From Pristiophorus japonicus (Eukaryota): DNA of 64,000 nucleotides. This document shows, piece by piece, positions 1 through 13,041 of this stretch (position 1 is the first letter of the stretch; every line of letters begins with the position of its first letter). The notes under the pieces were generated by a model. That model saw only the letters and a program-made list of their open reading frames with translations. It was not told where the DNA came from and did no database searches. Both the position numbers and the translations under genes were made by a program. The stretch is taken from the NCBI RefSeq assembly GCF_044704955.1, contig NC_091999.1:28520001-28584000 (forward strand). Direction: 5' to 3'.

Positions 1-662
1 TATTATAAACTGAGACAGGGTCTAGTGTAATGTAAACAGAGACACAGCAACAGAGCCTAGTGTAATATAAACAGAGACAGGGTCGAGTGGAATATAAACA
101 GAGACAGTGTCTAGTGCAATATAAACAGAGACGCGGTCTAGTATAATATAAACAGAGACAGGGTCTAGTGTAATATAAAGAGAGACATGGTCTAATGTAA
201 TACAAATAGAAACAGGGTATAATGTAATATAAACAGAGACAGGATCCAGTATAATATAAACAGAGATAAGGCCTAGTGTAATATAAACAGAGACAGGATC
301 CAGTGAAATATAAAAAGAGACAGGGCCAATTTAACATAAACAAAGACAGGGTCTCGTGCAATATAAACAGCGATAGGGTCTAGCATAATATAAACAGAGA
401 CATGTCCTCGTGTCGTATAAACAGTGACAGCGGCTAGTGTAATGTCAACAGAGACAGGGCACAGTGCAATATGAACACAGACAGTGTCTAGTGTAATATA
501 AACAGAGAGAGGGTCGAGTTTATTATAAAAAAAAGATGGCCAAGCTTAGTAAAATCAGGGACAAGGCCTCGTATAATCTAAACAGAAATAGGGCTCAGTG
601 TAATACAAACAGAGACAGGGCTTAGTGTAATATAAACACAAACACGATATAGTGTAACAAAA
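1..662 (+). repeat. 27-bp tandem minisatellite (consensus TCTAGTGTAATATAAACAGAGACAGGG)
   Basis: Direct 27-nt periodicity; the same unit recurs at 2015-2585, 6015-6882 and 9060-10340. Confidence 0.95.
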
Positions 663-2010
663 ATAAGAACATAAGAACATAATATCCTGGAACAGGAGTA
701 GGCCGCCTGTCCCCTCGAACCTGCTGTGCCATTTAATAAGAACATGGCTGATCTGATCACTGATTCAGCCCCACTTCCCTGCCAGCTCCCCATTACCATG
801 TATTCCCTTATCGTTCAAAGATCGATCTATCTCCGTCTTCAATATATTCAATGACCTAGCCTCCACAGCTCTCCATGGCAGAGAATTCCATAGATTTACA
901 GGCCTCTCAGAGAAGAAATTCCTCCTCATCTCAGGTTAACTGGGCGGCCCGTTATTTTGAGACTATGTCCCCTCGTTTTATTTTCCCCTATGAGTGTAAA
1001 TATTCTCTCTGCTTCCACCTTGTCGAGTCCCCACCGTACCTTAAAGTTTCAATAAGGTTACCTCTGATTCTTCTGAACTCAATTGTGTATAGTCCCAACC
1101 TACTCAACCTATCTTCATAATTAACCCCCTCCTCTCCGGAATCAACCGAGTGAACGTTCTCTGAACAACGTCCAATGCAAATACATCCTTCCTTAAATAA
1201 GGAGACCGAAACTGTATGCAGTACGCTAGATGTACACTCACGAATACCCTGTAGAGTTGTAGCAGGACTTCTCTGCTTTTATATTCTATACCCTTGCAAT
1301 ACGGTCAACATACCATTTTCCTTCCTGAATTTTTGCTGTAACTGCATGCTAACTTTTTGTGTTTCATGCACAAGGACACCCAGGTCCCTCTGTACTGCAG
1401 CACTTTTCAATTTTTCACCATTTATATTAAAATTTGCTTTTCTATTTTTTCTGCCAAAGTGGAAACATCACATTTTCCCACATTATATTCCATCTGCCAA
1501 ATTTTTCACCACTCAGTTAGCCTGGCTATATCGCTTTGCAGATGTTTTGTGTTCTCCACCCATCTTTTTATCATCTGCAAATTTGGCTATATTGCACTCA
1601 GTCCCTTCATCAATGTCATTGATATAGAATGTAAATAGTTGAGCCGCAGCACGATCCCTGCGGCACCACACGATTCAGTTTGCCAACCGGAAAATGACCT
1701 ATTTATCCCGGTTCTCTGTTTTCTGTTATTTAACCAATACTCTATCCATTCTAATATATTACACCCAACCCTGTGAAATTTTTTCTTGTGCAGTAACCTT
1801 TTATGTAGCAGCTAATCGATTGCCTTCTGGAAATACAAATACACTACATTCACTTGTTCTACTTTATCCACCCTGCTCGTTACATCATTAAAGAAATCCA
1901 TCAAATTTGTCAAACATGTTTTCTCTTTCATAAAACCATGCTGACTCTGCTTGATTGAATTACTGCTTCCTTATTAATAGACTCCAGCATTTTCCCAACG
2001 ACAGAGGTTA
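663..2010 (-). mobile_element. CR1-clade LINE 3' fragment (degenerate RT C-terminus plus 3' tail)
   Basis: Begins with the reverse-complement (ATAAGAAC)n tail and GGAGTAGGCC; reverse strand is homologous to the CR1 ORF2 copy at 4300-5580. Confidence 0.85.
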
Positions 2011-2014
2011 GGCA

Positions 2015-2585
2015 AACAGGGTCTCGTGTAATATATAAAGCGACATGGTCTCGTCTGATATAACAGATACAGGGTCTAGTCTAATATAAACAGAGACAGG
2101 GTCTAGTGTAATATATAAAGAGACATGGTTTAGGATAATATAAACAGAGACATGGTCTAGTCTAATATAAACAGAGACAGGGTCTGGTGTAATATAAACA
2201 GAGATAGGGTCTAATATAATGTATACAGAGACACTGTATATAAACAGAGATAGGGTCTAGTATATTATATACAGAGAGGGTATGGTGTAGCATAAGCAGA
2301 GAGAGGGTCCAGTGTAATATAAACAGAGACAGGGTATAGTGCAATATAAACAGAGACAGCGTCTGGTGCAATATAAACAGCGACAGTGTCGAGTGTGATA
2401 TAAACAGAGACAGGGTCGAGGGTAATATAAACAGAGACAGGATCTCATACAATATATATAGACAGGCTCTAGTGTAATATAAACAGAGATAGGGTCTAGC
2501 GTAATAGAAACAGAGAGAGGGTCTAATGTAATATAAATAGTGACAAGGTCTCGTGCAATATGAACAGAGACATGGTGTCGTGGAG
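2015..2585 (+). repeat. 27-bp minisatellite (continuation)
   Basis: Same unit; gives the spurious YYTRPCLCL-repeat ORFs. Confidence 0.95.
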
Positions 2586-2825
2586 TAATAATTGAGAAAT
2601 AATCTGCTGTGATTTCATGGTGTCACAGACAATTACGGCATAAAGGAAGCCATTCGTTCCATCGTGCCTCTGCTGACTCTGAGTGAAAACAAATTCTGCT
2701 CTTCTCCGCTCTAGATCTTTTGCCAATGCTTTTAAATCTAGGACCTCTGCTTAGTGAGAGCCGATACACTCTATCATAGAATCTTAGAAATTGACAGCAC
2801 AGAAGGAGGCCATTTCAGCTCAGCT

Positions 2826-5582
2826 GACAATTCGGAAAGATAGACAAGAAGGGAAAGGAGGTGGGGTAGCTCTGTTAATAAAGGATGATATCAGGGCAGT
2901 TGTGAGAGACAAGATTGGCTCTAATGAATAAAATGTTGAATCATTGTGGTTGGAGATTAGAGATAGTAAGGGGAAAAAGTCACAGGTGGGCGTAGGTTAT
3001 AGGCCCCCAAGTAATAACTTCACGGTGGGGCGGGCAATAATCAAGGCAATAATGGAGGCATGTGAAAAAGGAACGGCACTAATCATGGGGCATTTTAACC
3101 GACATATCATTTGGTCAAATCAAATCGCACGGGGTAGCCTGGAGGAGGAATTCATAGAATGCATACGGGATTGTTTCTTCGAACATTATGTTACAGAACC
3201 TACAAGGGAGCAAGCTATCTTCGATCTGGTCCTGTGTAATGAGACAGGAATAATAAACGATCCCCTAGTAAAAGATCCTCTCCGAATGAGTGATCACAGT
3301 ATGGTTGAATTTGTAACTAATTTGAGGGTGAGGAATTAGTGTCTCAAACGAGCATACTATGCTTAAACAAAGGGGCCTACAGTGGGATGAGGGCAGAGTT
3401 GGCTAAAGTAGACTGGGAACACAGACTAAAGGGTGGCATAATTCAGGAACAGTGGAGGACTTCTTAGGAGCTCTTTCAAAGTGCTCAACAAAAATGTATT
3501 CCAGTGAAAAAGAAGGGTGGTAAGATAAGGGATAACCAGCCGTGGATAACCAAGGAAGTAAAGGAGAGTATCAAATTAAAAACCAATGCGTATAATGTGG
3601 CCAACGTTAGTGGGAAACTAGAATATTGGGAAAATTTTAAACGACAGCAAAGAATGACTAAGAAAGCAATAAAGAAAGGAAAGATAGATTACGAAAGTAA
3701 ACTTGCGCAAAACATAAAAATAGATAGTAAAAGCTTTTACAGATATATAAAACGGAAAAGAGTGACTAAAGTAAATGTTGGTCCCTTAGAAGATGAGAAG
3801 GGAGATTTAATAACGGGAAATGTTGAAATGGCTGTGAACTTAAACAATTATTTTGCTTCGGGCTTCACAGTGGAAGACACAAAAACCATGCCAAAAATTG
3901 CTGGTCACAGCTATGTGGGAACGAAGGACCTTGAGACAATCGCTATCACAAGAGGGTAGTGCTGGACAGGCTAATGGGACTGAAGGTAGACAAGTCCCCT
4001 GACCCTGAAGAAATGCATCCCAGAGTATTAAAAGAGATGGCGGAAGTTATAGCAGATGCATTCGTTATAATCTACCAAAATTCTCTGGACTCTGGGGAGG
4101 TACCATCGGAATGGAAAGCAGCTAATGTAACGCTTCTGTTTAAAATAAAAGGGGGCAGACTAAAGGCAGGTAAATATAGGCCGGTTAGTTTAACATCTGT
4201 AGTGGGGAAAATGCTTGAAACTATCATTAAGGAAGAAATAGCGGGACATCTAAATAGAAATAGTGCAATCAAGCAGACACAACATGGATTCATGAAGGGG
4301 AAATCATGTTTAACTAATTTACTGGAATTCTTTGAGGATATAACGAGCATGGTGGATAGAGATGTACCGATGGATGGGGTGTATTTAGATTCCCAAAAGG
4401 CAGTCAATAAGGTGCCACGCAAAAGGTTACTGCAGAAGATAAAGGTACACGGAGTCAGAGGAAATGTATTAGCATGGATCGAGAATTGGCTGGCTAACAG
4501 AAAGCAGTGTCGGAATAAATGGATCCTTTTCGGGTTGGAAATCGGTGGTTAGTGGTGTGACACAGGGATCGGTGCTGGGACTACAACTGTTTGCAATATA
4601 CATAGATGACATGAAAGAGGGGACAGAGTGTAGTGTAACAAAATTTGCAGATGACACAAAGATTAGTGGGAAAGCGGGTTGTGTAGAGGACACAGAGAGG
4701 CTGCAAAGAGATTTAGATAGGTTCAGCGAATGGGCTGAGGTTTGGCAGATGGAATACAATGTCTGAAAGTGTGAGGTCATCCACCTTGGGAAAAACAACA
4801 GTAAAAGGGAATATTATTTGAATGGGGAGAAAGTACAACATGCTGCGGTGCAGAGGGACCTGGGGGTCCTTGTGCAAGAATCCCAAAAATTTAGTTTGCA
4901 GGTGCAGCAGGTAATCAGGAAGACAAATGGAATGTTGGCCTTCATTGCGAGAGGAATGGAGTACAAAAACAGAGAGTACAAAAGATGCAACTGTATAGAG
5001 TATTAGTGAGGCTGCATCTGGAGTGCTGCGTGCAGTTTTGTTCACCTTACTTAAGGAAGGATATACTAGCTTTGGAGGGGATACAGAGTCGATTCACTTG
5101 GCTAATTCCAGAGATGAGGGGGTTACATTCTGATGATAGATTGAGTAGACTGGGCCTTTACTCGTTGGAGTTCAGAAGGATGTGGGGTGATCGTATAGAA
5201 ACATTTAAAATAATGAAAGGGATAGACAAGATCGAGGCAGAGAGGTTGTTTCCACTGGTCGGGGAGACTAGAAGTAGGGGGCGCAGCCTCAAAATACGGG
5301 GGAGCCAATTTAAAACCGAGTTGAGAAGGAATCCCTTCTCCCAGAGGGTTGTGAATCTGTGGAATTCTCTGTCCAAGGAAGCAGTTGAGGCTAGCTCATT
5401 GAATGTATTCAAATCACAGATAGATAGATTTTTAACCAATAAGGGAATTAAGGGTTATGGGGAGCGGGCGGGTAAGTGGAGCTGAGTCCACGGCCAGATC
5501 AGCCATGATCTTGTTGAATGGCGGTGCAGGCTCGAGGGGCTAGATGGCCTACTCCTGTTCCTAATTCTTATGTTCCTATGTT
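2826..5582 (+). mobile_element. 5'-truncated CR1 LINE, ORF2 pseudogene (APE endonuclease plus RT)
   Basis: ORF pieces carry YRPP, SDH, YRPVSLTS, QHGF, QGSVLG, FADD and LECCVQF; stops and frameshifts present; tail TTCTTATGTTCCTATGTTC; closely similar to 53849-56588. Confidence 0.95.
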
Positions 5583-6010
5583 CATTATATAGCGCCAGCC
5601 GACCAAGAGCTATCCTGCCTAATCCCACTTTCCAGCTCGTGTTCTGTAGCCTGTAGGTTACGACACGTTAATTGAACATCCAAGTATCGTTGAAATATGG
5701 TGAGGATTCCTGCCTCTATCAATATTTCATGCTGTGCGTTTCAGACCCCCACTACCCTCTCGGTGAAGACATGTCCCCTCATATCTCCTCTACATTAAAA
5801 AAACAAGTTAGCTTGTTGAAGACATTTATTAGGTCCCTAATTAAACTTCTCTGTTAGAAGGAGAACAGTTCAAACTTTTGAACTCTCTAATTGAAGTCCC
5901 TCATCCCTGGTAACAGCCCGTTAAACCTCTCCGGTACCCTTTCTAGTGTCTGTACATCGTTATGGAAATGTGGTGCCCAAAATTGTCCATAATATTCCAT
6001 CTGAGATCTA
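5583..6010 (-). mobile_element. Older CR1 3' fragment, interrupted by the 2826-5582 insertion (other half at about 2773-2820)
   Basis: ACAGCACAGAAGGAGGCCATT at about 2793 continues as GCGCCAGCCGACCAAGAGC...CTAATCCCACTTTCCAGC at about 5592. Confidence 0.7.
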
Positions 6011-6014
6011 CGGC

Positions 6015-6882
6015 CTAATATAAGCAGAGATATGTTGCAATACATTAATAACTGGCCAGTGTCTAGAGTGATTTAAATAGAGACTGGGTCAAGTGCAAGA
6101 TAAACAGAGACAGGCTCTAGTGTAACATAAAAAGAGACAGGTTCTAGTGTATTATAAACAGAGATATGGGCGAGTGTAACATAAACAACGAAAGGGTCTA
6201 GGTTAATATAAACAGAGACAGAGTAGTGTAATATAAACTGAGACAGGATCTAGTGTAATATAAGCAGAGACAGGGTCCAGGGTACTATAATCAGAGACAG
6301 GATCTAGTGTAATATAAACTGAGACAGGGTCTAGAGTAATATAAAGAGCGACAGGGTCTAGTGTAATATAAACAGAGACAGGGTCTAGTGTAATAAAAAA
6401 AAAGAAACAGGGCCTGGTGTACTATAAACAGAGACAATGTCTAATGTAATATAAAGAGAGATAAGGTCTAGTGTAATATAAACATAGACAGCGTCAAGTG
6501 TGATATAAACAGAGACAGGGTCGTGTAATATAAACTGAGACAGGATCTAGTGTAATATAAGCAGGGACAGGGTCCAGGGTACTCTAATCAGAGACAGGAT
6601 CTAGTGTATTATAAACTGAGACAGGGTCTAGTGTAATATAAACAGAAACAGGGTCAAGTGTAATATAAACAGAGACAGGGTCTAGGGTAATATAAACAGA
6701 GACAGGTTCTAGTGTAATAAAAAAAGAAACAGGGCCTGGTGTACTATAAACAGAGACAATGTCTAGTGTAATATAAAGAGAGACTGGGTCTCGTGTAATA
6801 TAAACAGAGACAGTGTCTAGTATAATGTAAGCAGGGACAGGGGCTTGTGTAATCTCAGCAGAGACAGGGTCAAGTGCAGTAA
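6015..6882 (+). repeat. 27-bp minisatellite
   Basis: Direct periodicity, with a higher-order internal duplication (GTAATAAAAAAAGAAACAGGGCCTGGTGTACT twice). Confidence 0.95.
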
Positions 6883-7254
6883 TACATTTTAAATCTCTGG
6901 CTTGTGGTTACTGTACGTCCTACCAGTGGAAAAGTTTTCTCACTAATTACTCGTTTAAAACTCCTCATAATTTTGTTCGCCACTATTAAAACAGCCTTAA
7001 AATTCTCGGATCTCAGGAGCACCGTCCCAGTTTCCAGCTGCTTTACTGATGCACCTCATGAACATCCAGATGGGGAGTCGCGAAGATTTGATATGGAAAT
7101 CCCATTTTACATCAGTGCCAGAATATCATCCCAGGCAAAATAAGAGCATTATCCCCGGGAATTCAACTGACTGTGCAAGACTCGTCTCAGGCACTGAACT
7201 TTGGGCACTCTGAACTAAATGACAACATCTAAAAAATAAAGCTGTGATGTGCTA

Positions 7255-7690
7255 AAGCCCCGGTACAATGGGATCAATCTAGCCTCTGACTGAGAAGGCT
7301 GTGGGTTCAAACCCTTCTCCAGAGACTGAGCACATAATATCGGCTGGCACTCCCGGTGCGAGTACCGAAGGTGAAGGGTGGGGGGACTATATTCTCGGTA
7401 GTGCAGTCTTTCGGAAGAGACGTTATATCTGTTGAGTCTCCCCTCACAGTTGGATGTAAGAGATTGAATGACACTATTTTAAACAGCAGTGGAGTTCACC
7501 TCGGTGTCCATTACACATATTTATCCATTAACCAGCATCACTAAAGAACAGATTCTGTGGTTATTATCATGTTACGTTTGTGCGCAATTTGACTCCACGT
7601 TTCCTGCATTACAAAAGTGACTACACTTCAAACGTACTTCATTGTAAAGTGCTTTTGGACATTCCGAGGACGTGAAAGTCGTGAAAGTTA
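7255..7690 (+). mobile_element. tRNA-derived DeuSINE (SacSINE1/AmnSINE1-like)
   Basis: GGTTCAAACCC B-box; tail CATTACAAAAGTGACTACACTTCAAA...GTAAAGTGCTTT; homologous copies at 24835-25260, 48215-48465 and 50600-51035. Confidence 0.7.
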
Positions 7691-8544
7691 TTTCTAAATA
7701 TCAACATTTAAAATACACGTTGCAATGGGTCACTACTCTGGTCGCTGTTCTAACTTGTTTAGTTTAACTGGCTGGAATCTTACGCTAAATGGACATCCAG
7801 TGTATCACTGATCTGTTCAGAGAAGTTCCACTGACTTTGTAGCAGAATTTTCATAAATTAATTTTTAATTTTAATATTTTCCCTTTGATATAAATCACAT
7901 CTCTTCTAGTAGAACAAACCAAAAACCGACGTCACTGCTGGAGATATTTCCATTTCTTTGTAGCAGCTAACAATATTCATAAAATAAACCCATGCTGTGA
8001 GTTAAAACTAATCAGTAACGACTTTGTGGATCTGCTTTTGCTCCCATAAACACTTCATGGAAACCAATGAGGTGTTTATGTAAATAAACACAGAAATAGA
8101 AGTCCCAGATTAGAATATTGAACGGCAGAAACAGAATAAATGTTTCCTCATCAATACAGAATAGAAATAAATGGAGAGAGAAATGCTAATGTCTCAACGG
8201 ATTCCAGCAACAATTGATGTTTCGGATATTTATTTCAGTTATTGGTGAACAAATCAACGATGATATCCACGGTCAGAATGGGGAAAGATTCTACTCACCG
8301 TATATAGTGACAGCTCAGATGTATTAGTGGCAATTCCCTGTATCCCCTCCCCCTCTGCCTCTCTCTACTATCCCCACCTTCTGCCTTGCCTTTAAAGAAT
8401 GCCTCATTATCTTTATCTCACAATAAGAAGTCAATGCCTAACAAAATTGTTCCCTAAGATCTATTTCCAGGCCTCAAACCAAATTGGTGGGGGTGCGGAG
8501 AGGCAGCTTTATAATAAAATATGTCGTGTGAACTCAAAGATTCT

Positions 8545-8832
8545 GGGTGTTTGATGGGACTCTGTAGAGGGAAATTTACTCTGCATCTAACCCCGTGCTG
8601 TATCTGCCCTGGGAGCGTTTGATGGGACGGCTTCGAGGGAGCTTTGCTCTGCATTGACCAGTGATGTAACTGCCCTGGAAGAGTTTGATGGGACGGTGTA
8701 GAGGGGGCTTTACTCTCTATCTAAACCGTGCTGTACCTGCCCTGGGAGTGTTTGATGTGACGGTGTAGAGGGAGATTTTCTCTGCAGAGACCCGCGCTGT
8801 CTCTGCCCTGGGAATGTTTGATGGCACAGTGT
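8545..8832 (+). repeat. About 66-67-bp tandem repeat (CTGTACCTGCCCTGGGAGTGTTTGATGGGACAGTGTAGAGGGAGCTTTACT)
   Basis: About 4 diverged units; same family at 19660-21040, 32480-32580 (-) and 47915-48215 (-). Confidence 0.85.
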
Positions 8833-9059
8833 GACATCCCTATCGCAGAAAAATTTTATTATCAGTGCAACTTCCTGTATATTGCATTTCGTTTTTACGT
8901 GTTTGACATCATCACGTCAGCAACACGAAACAATGGGTGACGTCATTGTTTACAAAAATGCAGCGTCATCAACGTGACTTGCTCGCCATAGCTACATCAG
9001 TGCAACCTCTGACCCTCAGCCACACGCATTGCTCGATTTGACCTATATAGACACATCTA

Positions 9060-10340
9060 TACTCCAGCGTCCAGTGCAGTAACAACCGAGATAGATCCAA
9101 TTGTAACATAGACAGAGAGAGGATATAGTGTAATATATACAGTGACAGGGTCTAGTGTAAAATAAACAGGCACAGCGTCCAGTATAATATAAACAGGGAC
9201 AGGGTCTAGTATAATATAAACAGTGTCTAGTGTAATATAAACAGAGACAAGGTCTAGTGTAATATAAACAGAGACAGTGTCTAGTGTAATATAAAAAATA
9301 CAGGATCTAGTGTAATAGAAACAGAGACAGTGTCTAGTGTAATATAAACAGAGACAGTGTCTAATGTAATATAAACAGAGACAGGGTCTAGTGTAATATA
9401 AACAGTGTCTAGTGTAATATAAACAGAGACAGGGTCTAGTGTAATACAAACAGTGATAGGGTCTAGTGTAATATAAACAGTGTCTAGTGTAATATAAACA
9501 GAGACAGGGTCTAGTGTAATACAAACAGAGACAATGTCTAGTGTAATATAAAAAATACAGTGTCTAGTGTAATATAAACAGAGACAGTGTCTAGTGTAAT
9601 ATGAACAGAGGCAGTGTCTAGTGTAATATAAAAAATACAGGGTCTAGTGTAACATAAACAGAGACAGTGTCTGGTGCAATATAAACAGAGACAGTGTCTA
9701 GTGTAATATAAAAAATCCAGGGTCTAGTATAATATAAGCAGAGACAGGGTCTAGTGTAATATAAATAGAGACCGGGTCTAGTGTAATATAAATAGAGACA
9801 GTGTCTAGTGTAATATAAACCGAGACAGGACCCATCTATTATAAAGAGGCATGGGATAGTATAATATAAACAGTGTCAGGGTCCAACGTAATATAACAAA
9901 GGATATCGTGCACTAATCATAACTAATACATGATCTATTGTATTAGAAACATTGACATTTTCTAGTGCAATATAAACTGATACAGTGTCTAGTGTAATAT
10001 AAAGGGAGACAGGGACTAGTGAAATATTGATATAAATAGGGTGTACGGTAATATAAACAGAGACAGCGTCCAGTTCAATAGTAACTGAGAATGGTTCTAA
10101 TGTATTATAACGGAGGGCCTAGTACTGTGATAACTGATACAGAGCCTAGCATAATACAAAAAGAGACAGGGTCCAGTGCAGTGTAACTGAGACAGGATTT
10201 ACAGTATTAAAATAGATCCCGAGACTAGTGCATACTAACTGAGACAGGACCTTGTGCAATCTGAATAGAGAGATGATCTAGTGCAGTTATAATTAAACAC
10301 GGTCGAGAGTAATCTAAACATATATAATGTCTAGAGTAAA
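9060..10340 (+). repeat. 27-bp minisatellite (with 21-bp deletion variants)
   Basis: Direct periodicity, degenerating at both ends. Confidence 0.93.
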
Positions 10341-10374
10341 TTGATAGCAACATTCTAGCCATGCAAATCTTCAT

Positions 10375-10450
10375 GTCTGTCTGACTGTCTATCTGTCTGT
10401 CTGTCTGTCGTTCGGTCGGTCGGTCCGTCCGTCTGTCCGTCCGTCCGTCG
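10375..10450. repeat. (TCTG/TCCG)n microsatellite
   Basis: Direct reading. Confidence 0.85.
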
Positions 10451-10487
10451 ATTCGTACTTCTATCCATCTATGGGTACTTCTATCTA

Positions 10488-10690
10488 ATATTGCACTAGA
10501 CCCCGTCGCTGTTTATATTACACGAGACACTTTCTCTGTTTATATTCTTCCAGACATTATCCATGTTTATATAACACTGGACCCTGTCTTTGTTTATATT
10601 ACACTAGACCCTGTCTCTCTTTATATTCTTCCAGACACTATCCCTGTTTATATTATCCTCGACACTGTCTCTCTTTTTATTACACCAGAT
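10488..10690 (-). repeat. 27-bp minisatellite in inverted orientation
   Basis: GTTTATATTACACTAGACCCTGTCTCT is the reverse complement of the unit. Confidence 0.85.
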
Positions 10691-10704
10691 CATCTTTCTT
10701 TTTC

Positions 10705-11050
10705 AAATATATATTGATTTCCCTATTTGAAATTTATAATTGAATCTGCTGCCATCACCCTTTCTGGCATTACATTCCAGGTTATTACAACTCGCTTCTT
10801 AAAATATCTCCTTATCTCCCGTCTAGATTTATTTTATCTTTATCCTCTGGTTACCGATAGACCTGCCAATGGAAACCCTACCTTACTATCAACTCTATGA
10901 AACCCCTTCACAATTTTGAAAACATCTGTTAATTCTCCCCTAAGCATTCCCTGCTGTAATAAGAATAATCCCATCCTCTCTCGTCTCCACATAACTGTAT
11001 ACCAATCTCCTCTGCATCCTCGGCAAGAGCCCGACAATCTTCCTAAAATG
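10705..11050 (-). mobile_element. CR1 LINE 3' fragment
   Basis: Minus ORF LRGELTDVFKIVKGFHRVD matches the CR1 RT C-terminus. Confidence 0.75.
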
Positions 11051-11479
11051 TGGATTGAAATAAATGCAATCTTTATTTGCCCTTCAGAATATTTCTAAGG
11101 ATACATGCTCCCTTCAAATTTGACTGACTGAATAGCATTAATTATATTGTTTTACTTGTTTTGACAATGTAGACGGTGACTGAAATGCTCAGCAACATCC
11201 GTCTCCACATGACTCATGTATCGATATGATCACTGTCGCCACCTGCTGATAAATGAAATCTACTGCATGCCCCAGAGCTTACTTTAAACATGATTCATAA
11301 TTTCAACCACAATAACTTGCTTGAACGTTAACCCAGAGGATTTATTTTAGAAGAAACCACAAGAGGTGCAGATGATCAGGTAGTATCAAGGGCGGAATTA
11401 GCAACATTATTGTTGCAACTTCACTTTCAGCTCATCATACATAGCCGTCAGATTAGATAAACTTCCATAATGAATAAAA

Positions 11480-12290
11480 ACCTCACAGGAAAAATGGTGC
11501 GACCGTGGCTAACAAGGGAAGTTAAAGATAGTATTAGATTAAATGAACAGGCTTAGAATGCTGACAAAAAGAATAGTAAGACCGACAATTGGGAAGATTT
11601 TTCAATGCTGCAAAAGATGCACATGCAACTGATAACATGGCAGAAAATATAAAATTAAATAAGCTATCAAAAACCTAAAAACAGATTGTTAGAGCGTCTA
11701 CACGTGTACAGAAAGATGACTTAAATTAGTGTCCTCTACAATACAAAATTAGGTGGGACAGTAAACAGTGAGGAAGAAGTAAGGAGGCTGCAAAAGGATA
11801 TTGACAGGATAAGTGAGTGGGCAAGAACGTGGCAGATTGAGTATAATGTGGAGAAGTGTGAAGTTACGCACTTTGGTAGGACAAATAGAAACGCAGATAA
11901 TTTTTTGAATGCTGAGAAACTGGGTAATGTTGTTCTTCAGAAAGACCTGGATGGCCTTGTACACGAATCACAGAAAGCTAACATAGAGCCAAAGTGAGCA
12001 ATTATGAAAGCAAATGGTAAGCAACATTTTATTGCAAAGGGATTGGAGTATTAGAGCAAAGAAGCCTTCATGCACTTATATCGGGCCCTGCTAAGACTAC
12101 ACCTGGTTTATTGTGTACAGTTTTGTTTTCCTTACCTAAGGATGGATACATTTGCCTTGGGGGGAGTGCATCAAGGTTCATCAGACTGATCTGATTCCTG
12201 GGACGGCGGCGGGGTGGGGGGCGGATAGGGTGCAGGGGTTGGGGGCTGTCCTATGAGGAGCTATTGAGTATCTAATGTCCATATTCACTA
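11480..12290 (+). mobile_element. Degenerate CR1 ORF2 fragment
   Basis: Homology to the LQKDIDRISEWARTWQIEYNVEKCEV region of CR1 RT. Confidence 0.75.
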
Positions 12291-12296
12291 GAAAAT

Positions 12297-12895
12297 CAGA
12301 ACATAAGAACATAAGAATTGGGAGCAAGATTAGGCCATACGGTTTCTCGAGCCTGTTCCGTCATTCAACGTGATCATGGCTGATCTTCTACCTCAACTCC
12401 ACTTCCCTGCACTATCCGGAACTCTGAATGGAAACATATGCAGGGCTTCGGGGAAAGGGCAGGGGATTGGGTCAATTATGCAAAGTACTTCAAGTGTCGT
12501 CTAACCAAGTTCAGCATAACTTTTGCACTTTTCAATTCTATCCCTCTAGAAATAAACCCGAGTGCAGGTTTTCTTCTTTTTATGGCATTATTAACCTGCG
12601 TCACTACTTTTAGTGATGTGTGTATTGTTCCTCCATCCCACTAAGATTCTTATTTTAAAAGTGATAAGTGACCTCCTTATTTTTCTCACCAAAATGTAAT
12701 ACCTAATACTTGTCTGTGTTGAAATTAGTCAATTCATGTATTCTTGTAATTCGTTGCAGTGTTCCACAGTATTGACCCCCCGACCCGCCCGCCCTTCGTG
12801 CATTCGAAAATTTAGAAGTTGTGTTTTTGACTCCAAAATCTAAATTGTTAATATAAGTTGTGAACAATAGTGGACCCAGCACAGATCATTGTGGT
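12297..12895 (-). mobile_element. CR1 fragments (3' tail and RT pieces)
   Basis: (ATAAGAAC)n tail; minus strand PQ*SVLGPLLFTTY-like segment next to the gap. Confidence 0.6.
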
Positions 12896-13041
12896 NNNNN
12901 NNNNNNNNNNNNNNNNNNNNNNNNNNNNNNNNNNNNNNNNNNNNNNNNNNNNNNNNNNNNNNNNNNNNNNNNNNNNNNNNNNNNNNNNNNNNNNNNNNNN
13001 NNNNNNNNNNNNNNNNNNNNNNNNNNNNNNNNNNNNNNNNN
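12896..13041. other. Assembly gap (146 N)
   Basis: Run of N. Confidence 1.

Noticed and set aside
7255-7330. tRNA gene
   Set aside because: Only a degenerate SINE head; no cloverleaf can be supported
9057-9524. Cys/Tyr-rich repeat protein ORFs (also 2162-2452)
   Set aside because: Translation of the 27-bp minisatellite
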